The notes under the pieces are model-generated. The model had not been told where the DNA came from. It did no database searches and was given only the letters and a program-made list of their open reading frames with translations. From IMG/VR virus record IMGVR_UViG_3300043418_000226: 64,000 nucleotides of DNA. One strand, given 5' to 3'. Shown in pieces: positions 49,901-59,134 of the stretch. Numbering within the stretch: the stretch's first letter is position 1; each line of letters starts with the position of its first letter. Both the position numbers and the translations under genes were made by a program. This DNA is from a virus. Lineage: Duplodnaviria > Heunggongvirae > Uroviricota > Caudoviricetes.

Positions 49901-51712
49901 CCCGTTGCCTTTTTCTGTAGACAAGCGAACGTTAAATTAAAATATAATAAAACAGATAAACCACAAGATATCGTGGTTAAGATACCTAAAATTAAAGTAG
50001 AACCGGACGGTGAAACCACAACAGGAGGAACACCAAAACCATCTATTGATGTAATGAAGAGAATTATAATGAAAACTCTTTCTGAATGTCATTACTTTAA
50101 AAAATTAGAGGAAGATTCACCTGTGGCGTTTAAATCTTTAACTGAAAAATTAAAATATTTTCACCCTGGATTCCACTCAACAACACCTGAAGGTTTAAAT
50201 AGTAGATTAACTTTCTTATTACAATGTGTAAGACCTGGTGATACTATCCCTATTAAGGGTTTAGCTGACAATACAGACGTTGGTGCTAGAAATACAACAT
50301 TTGGTCCACCACCTATCTGTGTATTAAGAATAGGGGATTTCTATCACTCTAAAATCGTTATTAAAGACGTTAACATAAGTTACGATGATAGTCCTTGGGA
50401 TTTAAATCCTGAAGGTATTGGTGTACAACCAATGATTGCAACTGTTACTATGCAAATTGCTTTTATTGGTGGACAAGGTTTAGAGAAACCGGTGGAAAGA
50501 TTACAAAATGCGTTATCTTCAAATTTCTTTGCTAACACAGAAATGTTTGATGAGAGATCACAATCTACCGCAACAACAATCGGAGGAGAAGATAGAGAAA
50601 AATTCACTAAACAATTTTTAGAGGAACTACAAAAAAAACCTACTTTCCAAGAACCGGTAGAAAATCCGACACCAGCAACACCGGCACAGGGAGTATATAT
50701 TGGTACGTTATCGGGAACTAAACTAAACTATGATAATCAAATTAACATGGTTTACAGTTCTATAGGTCAATATTTAAATGTTTACCAATCTACATATAAT
50801 GAAATTATAAAAAAATATGGTTTAAAATTAGGTAGTCTATTTTTTTCACCAACCTATAGAAAGATAAAAGATTTAGAAGTTTATAGTCAAGGGAATCAAG
50901 TCACTCCACCTAAGATTGAGATATTAGGACAATATGACCCAATAAAAGATTTATCATTTTATTCAAGAGGTTTTAAAGCGGCAATGGAAAGTAAAATTGA
51001 GTCGACGGATTTAACAACATTACTTGGATTTAATGAAGGGTTAAAATCAGAATCGTCAATCATTAATTCAAATAATATCTTAAAACCATTTGTAAAGAAA
51101 TTTATAAATGAAACGATTGATGGTTTTACTGAGATAAAATCAATAAAAAATTTAGAATCGGCAAGAAATCAAATTATATCGGCAATTGATAATGTTAATT
51201 ACCTTGTTAATTATGTACGTGACGGACAAATTAGCGGGACTACATTCACTCAAGCTAATTTATCGGGATATACATATGATAAAATTTATAATGAATATTC
51301 TAATTTGATTGATTACGTAGTAAAGGAACATAGTAACTTTACTGAAGATTTAGATAATTCATTAAATTTTAACTCTCCGGTTATTTCAGACTCTATTTTA
51401 TCGGAATTTTTATCTATATTGTTACAAGGAGAAAAAGAAAATATTATTAAGTTATATGAATCTGACAAAACGGTTTTCACCGATAAAGTAAGAGAAAAAT
51501 TAAGTAAAATATTTGAAAAATTCATTACTGTTCAAAAAGAGAAAAAATTCAAATTAGGTAAATCCCCGATTAGAAAAAACAGTAAAAGTGTTGAATTTGA
51601 AATAGGTTCAACGGCACTAATAACTGACACGGTTGAACAAGGTGTATTAACTAATATTTTCTTAAGTAAAAATAAACTTGGGAAAAGTGTATTAAATTTT
51701 TATAAACCATGA
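46988..51712 (+). CDS. Giant baseplate/tube-initiator protein (gp48/gp54-like domains) with a possible OmpA-like insertion
   Basis: Tube-like segments WFPPYDLKVSEQNSARW...FLGRPEPIYTY..TSRTG.VSFKVVVD and PPICVLRIGDFY.SKIVI..V.ISY. The middle FYFPND...YNFYLGVRRG..I segment is OmpA_C-like. Confidence 0.55.
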   Translation: MPSNLDFDSTKKFRDYILGKTLNQPNGPQTFTSGAYTVQNLSDAPNKNQGNVDNNRTNDLLRINSTNTFKPTEFFVTDTIDTLPRKADLSLYPYFVANNHNLIGIMGSEDNTTESELYKFASSYIKLDSNGPVLSRIARNIDKATNGKVRLLDALNGNTTTAINIITGREPLVEANYDITVAKTLPGKGIDFLQTVSGIEFPFSEIPGDYLSNPANPINYRPTASTEVGKLWQDVTGVLGSLVGIQRRPKLSRKPSDLLIEYMGQGQKNALYHNLSFSKYAPNYTTTARSQNTSKIFNFVDKTAQGIKSLLGEEAPAGIAYIGDDRGNDVKYAMNDFNDRPVRSSYYLSLMFDEVSANLFHKGKNITEGGSIGGNLTWISKNSKNKLGEHNAEWSGESSVLQETLSTKYGFREDSILGHTQEILDSMPSDGGAARSHVANVIDQTSRVFGDGDVKISRGSAVKFVNNFSGTESGVEYCRVWTKDRSYMNYSDTMKRTANIRKYDGSVMGGQSRPWNLNIAPMSNGKKSFDQSTNIFNNYPYGGGFYAKKYMFSIENLAWKTSNTDGFRVTDLPACEKGNNGGRVMWFPPYDLKVSEQNSARWEENSFLGRPEPIYTYQNTSRTGQVSFKVVVDHPSILNLLVREHFKGMSDEESDNYINAFFAGCVDLDFYSLIQTYTTLDSDDIKRIKEYLNAGKDQQTIKKFKYVTEQVETKQNNTNGNKTIQPTPFDNIFYFPNDVPKFNVNNKAIATSTYGVITSEYLAERTKFISDLDSDLVNLLSDNSQGALKDIKTIFNMTKSEVLPFSGVSINLVKDNISSGFDTVQKNYNDFSLKVEQLKKDISGKTVTEAELRISSSTSEVATDKYNFYLGVRRGYSILFETLSKLSNGVTIDEKFINWFTVDYLKQFEKTGLNNVTLKYPFKDLGYDTEGTLNVIFTTTGENTILPNGGGESNIDCKQVINTKTGLKIEAPVAFFCRQANVKLKYNKTDKPQDIVVKIPKIKVEPDGETTTGGTPKPSIDVMKRIIMKTLSECHYFKKLEEDSPVAFKSLTEKLKYFHPGFHSTTPEGLNSRLTFLLQCVRPGDTIPIKGLADNTDVGARNTTFGPPPICVLRIGDFYHSKIVIKDVNISYDDSPWDLNPEGIGVQPMIATVTMQIAFIGGQGLEKPVERLQNALSSNFFANTEMFDERSQSTATTIGGEDREKFTKQFLEELQKKPTFQEPVENPTPATPAQGVYIGTLSGTKLNYDNQINMVYSSIGQYLNVYQSTYNEIIKKYGLKLGSLFFSPTYRKIKDLEVYSQGNQVTPPKIEILGQYDPIKDLSFYSRGFKAAMESKIESTDLTTLLGFNEGLKSESSIINSNNILKPFVKKFINETIDGFTEIKSIKNLESARNQIISAIDNVNYLVNYVRDGQISGTTFTQANLSGYTYDKIYNEYSNLIDYVVKEHSNFTEDLDNSLNFNSPVISDSILSEFLSILLQGEKENIIKLYESDKTVFTDKVREKLSKIFEKFITVQKEKKFKLGKSPIRKNSKSVEFEIGSTALITDTVEQGVLTNIFLSKNKLGKSVLNFYKP

Positions 51713-52035
51713 GTAGAGGGTATTTCGATAGGTATCAATATTTTGTAACGGACGGAGAATTTAAAATAGTTCCCGGAATTGAAATCCCAATCAAGGGAAC
51801 AGATAAGTATTTCCAATATAAAAGAGGTAAAGAGAGATTAGATAAAATTTCACAAGAATATTACGGTACACCGGTGTATGGGTGGTTAATTATGTTAGCA
51901 AATCCATTATCGGGTAGTGTTGAATTTGAAATACCTGATAATTTTTTATTAAGAGTACCATTTCCTTTAATTAGCACTTTACAAGATTATAAAAGTGCTA
52001 TAGAATTGTATAAACTATATTATGGGGAACAATAA
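51709..52035 (+). CDS. Baseplate wedge LysM-like protein (gp53-like)
   Basis: ERLDKISQEYYGTPVYGWLIMLANP. Confidence 0.8.
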   Translation: MSRGYFDRYQYFVTDGEFKIVPGIEIPIKGTDKYFQYKRGKERLDKISQEYYGTPVYGWLIMLANPLSGSVEFEIPDNFLLRVPFPLISTLQDYKSAIELYKLYYGEQ

Positions 52036-55000
52036 ATTAAATGAGAATGAAAACATATTAGTTAAGGTCGATCAGAATAATTTATTCTTTATCGACCCTA
52101 ATAGTGTGGTTAATGATGGTGTTATAGAACCAAGAGGACTCAAACAAGAGAATTTGGTTATGTACGTCAATCTTGAAGCGGATTTAATTCCAAGATCAAT
52201 TTTAAGCGCGTCTGGTGACCAAACATCAACGGGAGAAGTTGTATCAATTGCAAAAGGGACACTTAATATTTTAAAAAATCAAGGAGGGGGTGATTTTGAT
52301 TCTTCATGGACTAATGCATATAATGGTAAAGACGAAACCATTTTTGATGCAAATGGAAAAACCACCGGTAATCTTAATGTTAATAACGTAAGTTATGACG
52401 GTACCGCCCAATCGTTTGGTATCGATTCAATTAACATTAACATTAAGGGGGCAAATTTCATTCCACAGATTAACATTAACTTTATTGATGTTAGAGGTAA
52501 GACTTTATTTGAATCTCCTGAAAACTCACCATATAAGGCATTTTTCCATTTACCGTGGCCAATATTTTATTTAACAGTTAAAGGATTTTATGGTAAAGCG
52601 ATAAGATATCGTCTACATCTTACTAAGTTTACTTCTAAATTTAATGAAGGTAATGGAAACTTCGAAGTCACAACAACTTTTGTAGGTTCAACATATGCGT
52701 TCTTAAATGATATTCCATTAAATGGAATATTAAATGCACCATATATGTTTGCAATTGAACAAGATGTACCAACATCATTAAATCCATTAACTGGAGTTCA
52801 AGAAAAGAAAATTTCCAAAACATCAAAAGGATATACTATGTTGAGGTCGGTATATGCCGAATACAAAGAAAAAGGACTAATAGATAAAGACTTTCCGACT
52901 AAAACATTAAGAGAATTATTAGTAATATCAAAAAGTTTAGATAAGGTACTTGAAAAAGAAATTTTTAGTGGTGTTGTTGATTTTAAAGTATTTGCGGGAT
53001 TAAAAGAGTTCGAAAAATTAATTCAAGATTTTGAAAATGCCGTAAGATTATGGGGAGGGACGAATTTAAATCCACAAACAGTAATTGTTAATGGTGTTAC
53101 TTATAACCCATTAACCGGACCTAAAAAAAATACATTAGACAACGTTATTGGAACAAAAGATACCAAAACATTAGAAAATCTATTAACCATTTACCCTGAA
53201 CATTTAACAAAATCTAAATTGTTTGTTGAAAATTTTAAAAATCAAGGGGGAGTTGACTTTAAAAAGGAAACTTTTAACTACATCAATACAATAAAAGACG
53301 TAAACAAATACGTATCAAAAATTGATGGAGGACTTTATGCGGTTGCGTTACAGTCATTATTAAAAGATATATTCGATATTCAAAGAACGTTCGTAGCTCA
53401 AAGAGACAAATTAGAACAAACGGTTGAATCTCGAATGAATGACATTATTAAAGATAAAAATAAAGGTATCGGTTTTGAACCAACCATTAGAAATATATTT
53501 GCCGTTGTTATGGCAAATGCTGATGTGTATATTAGATTATTAAAAGATGTACATAAAAGGTCATTCGATTCAGGACCTCAAAGAAAATTATTATTAAAAG
53601 GAAACGGATTTTCAGATGAAACACCTAAAGAAGATTCAATATATCCTTGGCCTGAAATAAAAAAAATAACCGCAGACGCAAAACAAAAAGTGTTGGCATA
53701 TCCTGGCGACCCCGATTTACAAAGTAAATTACGTTCATATGATAAAACGTTATGGCCGGAAGTGGATTTTGTTGAAAATTATCAGGCAATATCAACCAAG
53801 AAAGTCGATACAAATTCAAGTAAAGAAGGTAGTGTAGGTAACGTTAATTTTGTATTTGAAAATAATTCACAAGAAGTAAAAACAAATAAAATATCAACAC
53901 TATTTGAGGCGGGAATTAATTTTCCATATTCAAATAAGTCTGTATCATCAGTTTTATATGAAATTTGGGAAAGAGCAAGATACTCAACATTATTTGATAC
54001 GTTTAGTAACAATACGGTTGAAGAACTTGCCAACGTGGAAATTAAAAATTTACAAAGTTTATTAACTGAGGATTTCGATGTTATAGGTGTCTTACAATCT
54101 ATAACAGATAGAACTAAATTACAAGAATATCTTCTTTCATTTTCACCATTTGAGAGATACCCATATTATCAAGATAAAATTGCAACGGTACCATACATAA
54201 AAGATTTAACAACAAATTCATTTAATGTTGAATCGTATTTTGGTATAACTGAAAATGCCGATAATGATAGTTTATTTACAAAATTAAGTAATAATCTGTT
54301 AAATTACACGACAGAGGATTATCGAACAAACATATATCCGTTCAATTCTGATTTATATCTTTCTTATTTAAATAAAAGTAAATTTGATAAAACAGATTTA
54401 GAGTTAAAAGGTATATTAAATGTAAAAACCACTGAGGGGTTAATTAGTAGTCCAATTAATCCGTTATTTTGGGTTAAAAATGGAAGTACCAATAATCTTT
54501 TTAATCAAGATTTTAGATTATTAGATTCCTCGGCAAATATATTAAATACCCCATATTTCCATAACCAATTGTTTAATGATTTTAATAAAACAATGCCACA
54601 TGGAAAATATGTAGGTTCGGCCTATTTGTTATTAAATTCTTTACCCTTTTATGACTTAGAAGATAACATTCTTTTCGGTTTAAACACCACCAGATTATCA
54701 ACAATTTTTAGAGAGGTGGGGTCTTCACATTACGTTCCGTATCATTTAATGTTAAAATGGGGTTCATTGTATCATAGGTATAAAACAAAAATACTTGAGG
54801 GTACTGACATACTTGACGGATTTTTAAATGTCTATGGGGTAACACAACCAATTAATAGAGATACATTTTTTGATACCACGACTGGAACAACATTTAACGC
54901 AACTGCGGATACAACAAATGGTAGAACAACGTTTAATGTCCTAAGTTCAAATAAAAAAGACATAGGATTACATCCATTTTATGATGGTATATTTCATCAA

Positions 55001-57799
55001 ATTGTGAATGGTTATAGTCATTATAATATTGCGTTAGGTAATTCTTCATACTCAGGAAACACTGAAAATTCAATCATTAATTCAAGAGTTAAGGAGCTAA
55101 AAGATGGATTTAGATATTGGACAAATTACGTTGATAATTCGGTAGAAACTAACGGTAAAGATAACTATTTCACATTATTACCATGTGATGGAGGAAATAA
55201 AGTGGATAATTTAGATTTTAAACCACTACAGATTACATTTCCAATAACAACATTTACAAATAATACGTACGAATCAAAAGAACAAAATAATTTTAGAATT
55301 ATATGGAAAGATGAGGTTACTAACGTAGATTATAGTGGTAAAACATTCCCTTCGGCATATGAATATAATAGAACGTTCGTAACGGGAGATACTCGTAATA
55401 GTTTTGATAATCTTTATGGGATAACAGATAATTTTAGAAAAGTTACCGATTTAATAGCAACTTTCAGTCCCGCAATTTTAGATGAGTTTGAAAATTGTTT
55501 TTTAGAATTTGCCACAGAAAAATTAAACGAGGAGGTATCACATAAGAGGTTCCCGATGTTTAGTGGTGGGACTAATAATGTACATTATGTTAGATATGAC
55601 AATTTCCAAGATTTATTAAAATCAATTGTAACGATTGATAAAAATAATGACGATAAAGGAACCACAATTGAGACAACGATAAATTCTATTAAGACAAAAC
55701 AAAGTAATAAATTATCCACAATTACTGGTGATATGTTACATAGTGATAATTTAATTAAAATCACGATATCAAATCCAAAAGAAATTGATGCCCATGTTTG
55801 GTATGGATTCTCTAATTTAGATAATGTTAATTCATTTACATATAATAATTACGACGCGGCACAAGATGTTGATAATTTAAAATACATTGATTTATATGTA
55901 GGTCAAGATATTGACGGAAAGTATAAACAATTTTTTGTAACTAATAATGTAGAGTTAAGTGAGGACAATGTTCTACAATTTAGACCATTGATTTTAATAT
56001 TTGCTGGTTATCTTAAATCGGGAGGAGCAAATAATAAAAACCAATTTCAAAGTTACATGGTAAATAATGTATTATTAAATGCAGAGAATAGATTCTCAAT
56101 ATACCTTAATCGTTTAATACCTCAATTACAAACTTTAAAAATTAACGACACGGCAAATCAAGTGACTATTGTAAATGGGTATAACGATACTCCATTGAAA
56201 CTTGAGTTGTATAATTTCTTTAAATCGTTTAACGATAAATGGGTTGGAGGAAATTCAATAGGTCAAAGATTACTATTAGAAGAATTTTTATTTTTAGATA
56301 AGGCAAATAAAGATATCGGTTCTAAGGCGTTTTTAAGTTTAGAAAAGTTATTACCATTAGACGATTCTAAAAATGACAAACAAAACTTATATGGGGTTAT
56401 TTCGATGTTAATTCAAGGAAGTGGGTTTGATATGAGAGGTTTACCTGCTTATGTAAATTTCTATGGAACAAACAATTCAAATAAAACTAAATTAACACCA
56501 TCTAAAAAGTTAGCCCAAAATTTATTTGGGACATTTTTAGATGTTGATTATCAAGAATCGTCACCTAAGATTATTATTCAATATACGGGACCAACATCTA
56601 AACATTTAGAGATGTCCGACATTGATGATAAATATAAATTTAAAAATGATAGTGGTAACTTATTTAGTGGACCTAATAGTCCATTAGTAATTACAATACC
56701 CGAAGTTTTCAAAACTGGAGATTTATCAAAGTCAAATAAAGTAATTGCCTTTGAAGTTAGTGTCGGTGACCAAAATCAAAGTATGTTCAAAGGAGTACAG
56801 CTTGACCAAACGTCAATAAAAAATACAACAGAATCGTTCGGTGTAATGGAAAATTTAGGACGTTCAGAGACGGGTAACGGAGCACATCAAATAGATATTG
56901 GTTTGTTTGACATTTACAGACAATCTTCATATACATGTGAAGTTACTATGATGGGTAATGTGATGATTCAACCTACAATGTATTTTTATCTTAAAAACAT
57001 ACCAATGTTTAGAGGATCGTATTGGATTACTGAAGTATCACATAATATTAAGAGTGGTAACATAACAACAACTTTTAAGGGCACAAGAATACCGTACGCG
57101 TCATTACCTGACCCTAAAGATTCTTTCCTTTCAAGTTACAGGTCACTATTTGATAGAATTACTAAAAGTGCGTTGGCTAGAGTTCAAGAAGAAAGTTTAA
57201 GAATATCAGGAGCAACTAAAAATGAAATTACGATTACGACCAATCAAGGTATTTTTACTGTGGACATGGGTGGAAGTGATAAAAAAATAAAAGGTGAGGA
57301 AATAACAACCGACAGTGGGGTTAGTGATTTCGGTGTACAATTTAACGGGTTCAATGGTGAAAAATATGTACAGAAAGTTAATTATAAAGGTAAGGAAGTC
57401 TTTAGAGCAATTGCCACAACAATGGGAGGTAAGGATAACCCATTAGATGATTTTATTGATATGACTATATTATGTAGAGCATCTGTAACTTCGGCAAGGG
57501 TCACTTGGGATTTCATGAAAGATTTAAGTAAAACGAATAGGTTCTATTCAACTAAATTTAGATTAGCGTCGGTAAGTGCGGATAAAATAATAACGGGAAC
57601 GACAACATTCATAAACCCTAATAATGGAGATAAACAAATAACTGTTCCACCGGTTCATATATTATCTGGTAATAAAAAAGTCGAAGGTGCAATTAGTGCC
57701 GGTCCATCTGTTGATGGTTTTGGTATTAGTATGTCCCAAAAATTAATGACTGATTTAGGATTATATAATGGACAAGTGGTTTATTTTACTATAAAATAA
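52022..57799 (+). CDS. Giant baseplate hub protein (gp27/late-control D-like domains)
   Basis: 1925 aa. The C-terminal CEVTMMGNVMIQPTMYFYL...GSYWITEVSHNI..G..TTTFKGTR is typical of hub proteins. Confidence 0.65.
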   Translation: MGNNKLNENENILVKVDQNNLFFIDPNSVVNDGVIEPRGLKQENLVMYVNLEADLIPRSILSASGDQTSTGEVVSIAKGTLNILKNQGGGDFDSSWTNAYNGKDETIFDANGKTTGNLNVNNVSYDGTAQSFGIDSININIKGANFIPQININFIDVRGKTLFESPENSPYKAFFHLPWPIFYLTVKGFYGKAIRYRLHLTKFTSKFNEGNGNFEVTTTFVGSTYAFLNDIPLNGILNAPYMFAIEQDVPTSLNPLTGVQEKKISKTSKGYTMLRSVYAEYKEKGLIDKDFPTKTLRELLVISKSLDKVLEKEIFSGVVDFKVFAGLKEFEKLIQDFENAVRLWGGTNLNPQTVIVNGVTYNPLTGPKKNTLDNVIGTKDTKTLENLLTIYPEHLTKSKLFVENFKNQGGVDFKKETFNYINTIKDVNKYVSKIDGGLYAVALQSLLKDIFDIQRTFVAQRDKLEQTVESRMNDIIKDKNKGIGFEPTIRNIFAVVMANADVYIRLLKDVHKRSFDSGPQRKLLLKGNGFSDETPKEDSIYPWPEIKKITADAKQKVLAYPGDPDLQSKLRSYDKTLWPEVDFVENYQAISTKKVDTNSSKEGSVGNVNFVFENNSQEVKTNKISTLFEAGINFPYSNKSVSSVLYEIWERARYSTLFDTFSNNTVEELANVEIKNLQSLLTEDFDVIGVLQSITDRTKLQEYLLSFSPFERYPYYQDKIATVPYIKDLTTNSFNVESYFGITENADNDSLFTKLSNNLLNYTTEDYRTNIYPFNSDLYLSYLNKSKFDKTDLELKGILNVKTTEGLISSPINPLFWVKNGSTNNLFNQDFRLLDSSANILNTPYFHNQLFNDFNKTMPHGKYVGSAYLLLNSLPFYDLEDNILFGLNTTRLSTIFREVGSSHYVPYHLMLKWGSLYHRYKTKILEGTDILDGFLNVYGVTQPINRDTFFDTTTGTTFNATADTTNGRTTFNVLSSNKKDIGLHPFYDGIFHQIVNGYSHYNIALGNSSYSGNTENSIINSRVKELKDGFRYWTNYVDNSVETNGKDNYFTLLPCDGGNKVDNLDFKPLQITFPITTFTNNTYESKEQNNFRIIWKDEVTNVDYSGKTFPSAYEYNRTFVTGDTRNSFDNLYGITDNFRKVTDLIATFSPAILDEFENCFLEFATEKLNEEVSHKRFPMFSGGTNNVHYVRYDNFQDLLKSIVTIDKNNDDKGTTIETTINSIKTKQSNKLSTITGDMLHSDNLIKITISNPKEIDAHVWYGFSNLDNVNSFTYNNYDAAQDVDNLKYIDLYVGQDIDGKYKQFFVTNNVELSEDNVLQFRPLILIFAGYLKSGGANNKNQFQSYMVNNVLLNAENRFSIYLNRLIPQLQTLKINDTANQVTIVNGYNDTPLKLELYNFFKSFNDKWVGGNSIGQRLLLEEFLFLDKANKDIGSKAFLSLEKLLPLDDSKNDKQNLYGVISMLIQGSGFDMRGLPAYVNFYGTNNSNKTKLTPSKKLAQNLFGTFLDVDYQESSPKIIIQYTGPTSKHLEMSDIDDKYKFKNDSGNLFSGPNSPLVITIPEVFKTGDLSKSNKVIAFEVSVGDQNQSMFKGVQLDQTSIKNTTESFGVMENLGRSETGNGAHQIDIGLFDIYRQSSYTCEVTMMGNVMIQPTMYFYLKNIPMFRGSYWITEVSHNIKSGNITTTFKGTRIPYASLPDPKDSFLSSYRSLFDRITKSALARVQEESLRISGATKNEITITTNQGIFTVDMGGSDKKIKGEEITTDSGVSDFGVQFNGFNGEKYVQKVNYKGKEVFRAIATTMGGKDNPLDDFIDMTILCRASVTSARVTWDFMKDLSKTNRFYSTKFRLASVSADKIITGTTTFINPNNGDKQITVPPVHILSGNKKVEGAISAGPSVDGFGISMSQKLMTDLGLYNGQVVYFTIK

Positions 57800-57832
57800 G
57801 AATATTAACAATTTAACGATATTTATTGAAGT

Positions 57833-58036
57833 ATGGAAAATTCAAAATTAAACAACACGATGGACCAATTCCTAAGTCCTAAAACAATTAAAAATGTTTC
57901 ACGAGACGGTATGGAAAGGGAAGAATGTGATATGGTAACGGGAGAATGTTACGTAATCAGATCAAAAGACGGAATAGTAGAAAGAATAAATAAAAAGTAT
58001 GTTACCGAAGACGGTAGACAATTATTACAAGATTAA
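57833..58036 (+). CDS. Hypothetical protein
   Basis: 67 aa; preceded by TATTTAT. Confidence 0.55.
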   Translation: MENSKLNNTMDQFLSPKTIKNVSRDGMEREECDMVTGECYVIRSKDGIVERINKKYVTEDGRQLLQD

Positions 58037-58039
58037 GCC

Positions 58040-58669
58040 ATGTTAGAAAACAAACTACACGAAGAATTAATGCGTCATAAGGCCATAAATAAGTATGGTT
58101 CTAAAATGATTATGGAACAAGACGCACCTGCAGAGGTTCCGGCTGAAGTTCCTGCCGAAGAACCGGCATTACCTGAAATTCCCGCAGAAGAACCTGCAAC
58201 TGACGTTGCACCTGTTACAGACGTGGCATCACCCGAAATTGACAGTACTGAAGAAGTTGACATTACGGATTTGGTTAATATGACAAAAAGTATTAAACAT
58301 GACCTTGAAAATGGTAAACAAGATAACAGTGCCGTTATTAATAAAATGGATGACGTTTTCTCTAAATTGAGTGAACTTGAATCTAAGTTAAGTGAAATGG
58401 ACCAAGTAGTTGCAAAAATTGACCAATTAGGTGCTAAGGTAGAACAAATGAAACCTGAAACACCACAAGAAAAATTGGAAATGCGTTCTTTAGACTCATA
58501 TCCATTTAGTCAAAACCCAACCGATTTCTTTTCACAAAAACAAGAGGAAATGAAGGCAAGTGGTAAAAATGAATACGTATTAACTAAAGACGATGTTGAT
58601 AATTATTCATATAACGACATAAAAACATCGTTTAAACCAGAAGACGAATCAGATGAAATTAAGTACTAA
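58040..58669 (+). CDS. Acidic coiled-coil protein with PAE repeats; putative head-associated protein
   Basis: KLHEELMRHKAINKY leader, MIME|QD, and PAEVPAEVPAEEPA. Confidence 0.55.
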   Translation: MLENKLHEELMRHKAINKYGSKMIMEQDAPAEVPAEVPAEEPALPEIPAEEPATDVAPVTDVASPEIDSTEEVDITDLVNMTKSIKHDLENGKQDNSAVINKMDDVFSKLSELESKLSEMDQVVAKIDQLGAKVEQMKPETPQEKLEMRSLDSYPFSQNPTDFFSQKQEEMKASGKNEYVLTKDDVDNYSYNDIKTSFKPEDESDEIKY

Positions 58670-59024
58670 CGTCCATTTTCTTTTAGAAACACAATTACAA
58701 ATAAAGATTAACCATTGGCAAACTAAAGGTTTTGCAAGACATAACGCATTTGGAGGATTTTATGATGCATTAGATGAATCAATCGATACCTTTGTTGAAA
58801 CTGCAATGGGAAAATATGGTAGATTCGTATTATCTGATGAAGAAAAGACAATACAACTATCAAACTTATCTGAATTAGACCCAAAGGCCATGGTTAACAC
58901 GGTTAGAGAGGCGTTAGTTCAGATGTCAGATGAATTTGAAGAAACAGATACTGATTTAATGAATATTCGTGATGAAATATTAGGAGAATTAAATAAATTA
59001 GCGTATCTTTTGACTTTAGAGTAA
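58653..59024 (+). CDS. Dps/ferritin-like four-helix-bundle protein (DUF5856-like)
   Basis: NHWQTKGFARHNAFGGFYDALDESIDTFVE matches the Dps HW...H..F..Y......D..AE pattern. Confidence 0.7.
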   Translation: MKLSTNVHFLLETQLQIKINHWQTKGFARHNAFGGFYDALDESIDTFVETAMGKYGRFVLSDEEKTIQLSNLSELDPKAMVNTVREALVQMSDEFEETDTDLMNIRDEILGELNKLAYLLTLE

Positions 59025-59059
59025 CCAATCACTAATTAATAAATTATTTAAAATAAATG

Positions 59060-59090
59060 AAACCGGATTTTGTAATTCGGTTTTTTTTAT
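59060..59090 (+). terminator. Rho-independent terminator
   Basis: AAACCGGAT-TTTGTA-ATTCGGTTT followed by a T-run. Confidence 0.65.
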
Positions 59091-59134
59091 GTATATTTTT
59101 CTTATAACAGATTTATAAATTAAAATAAACAATT

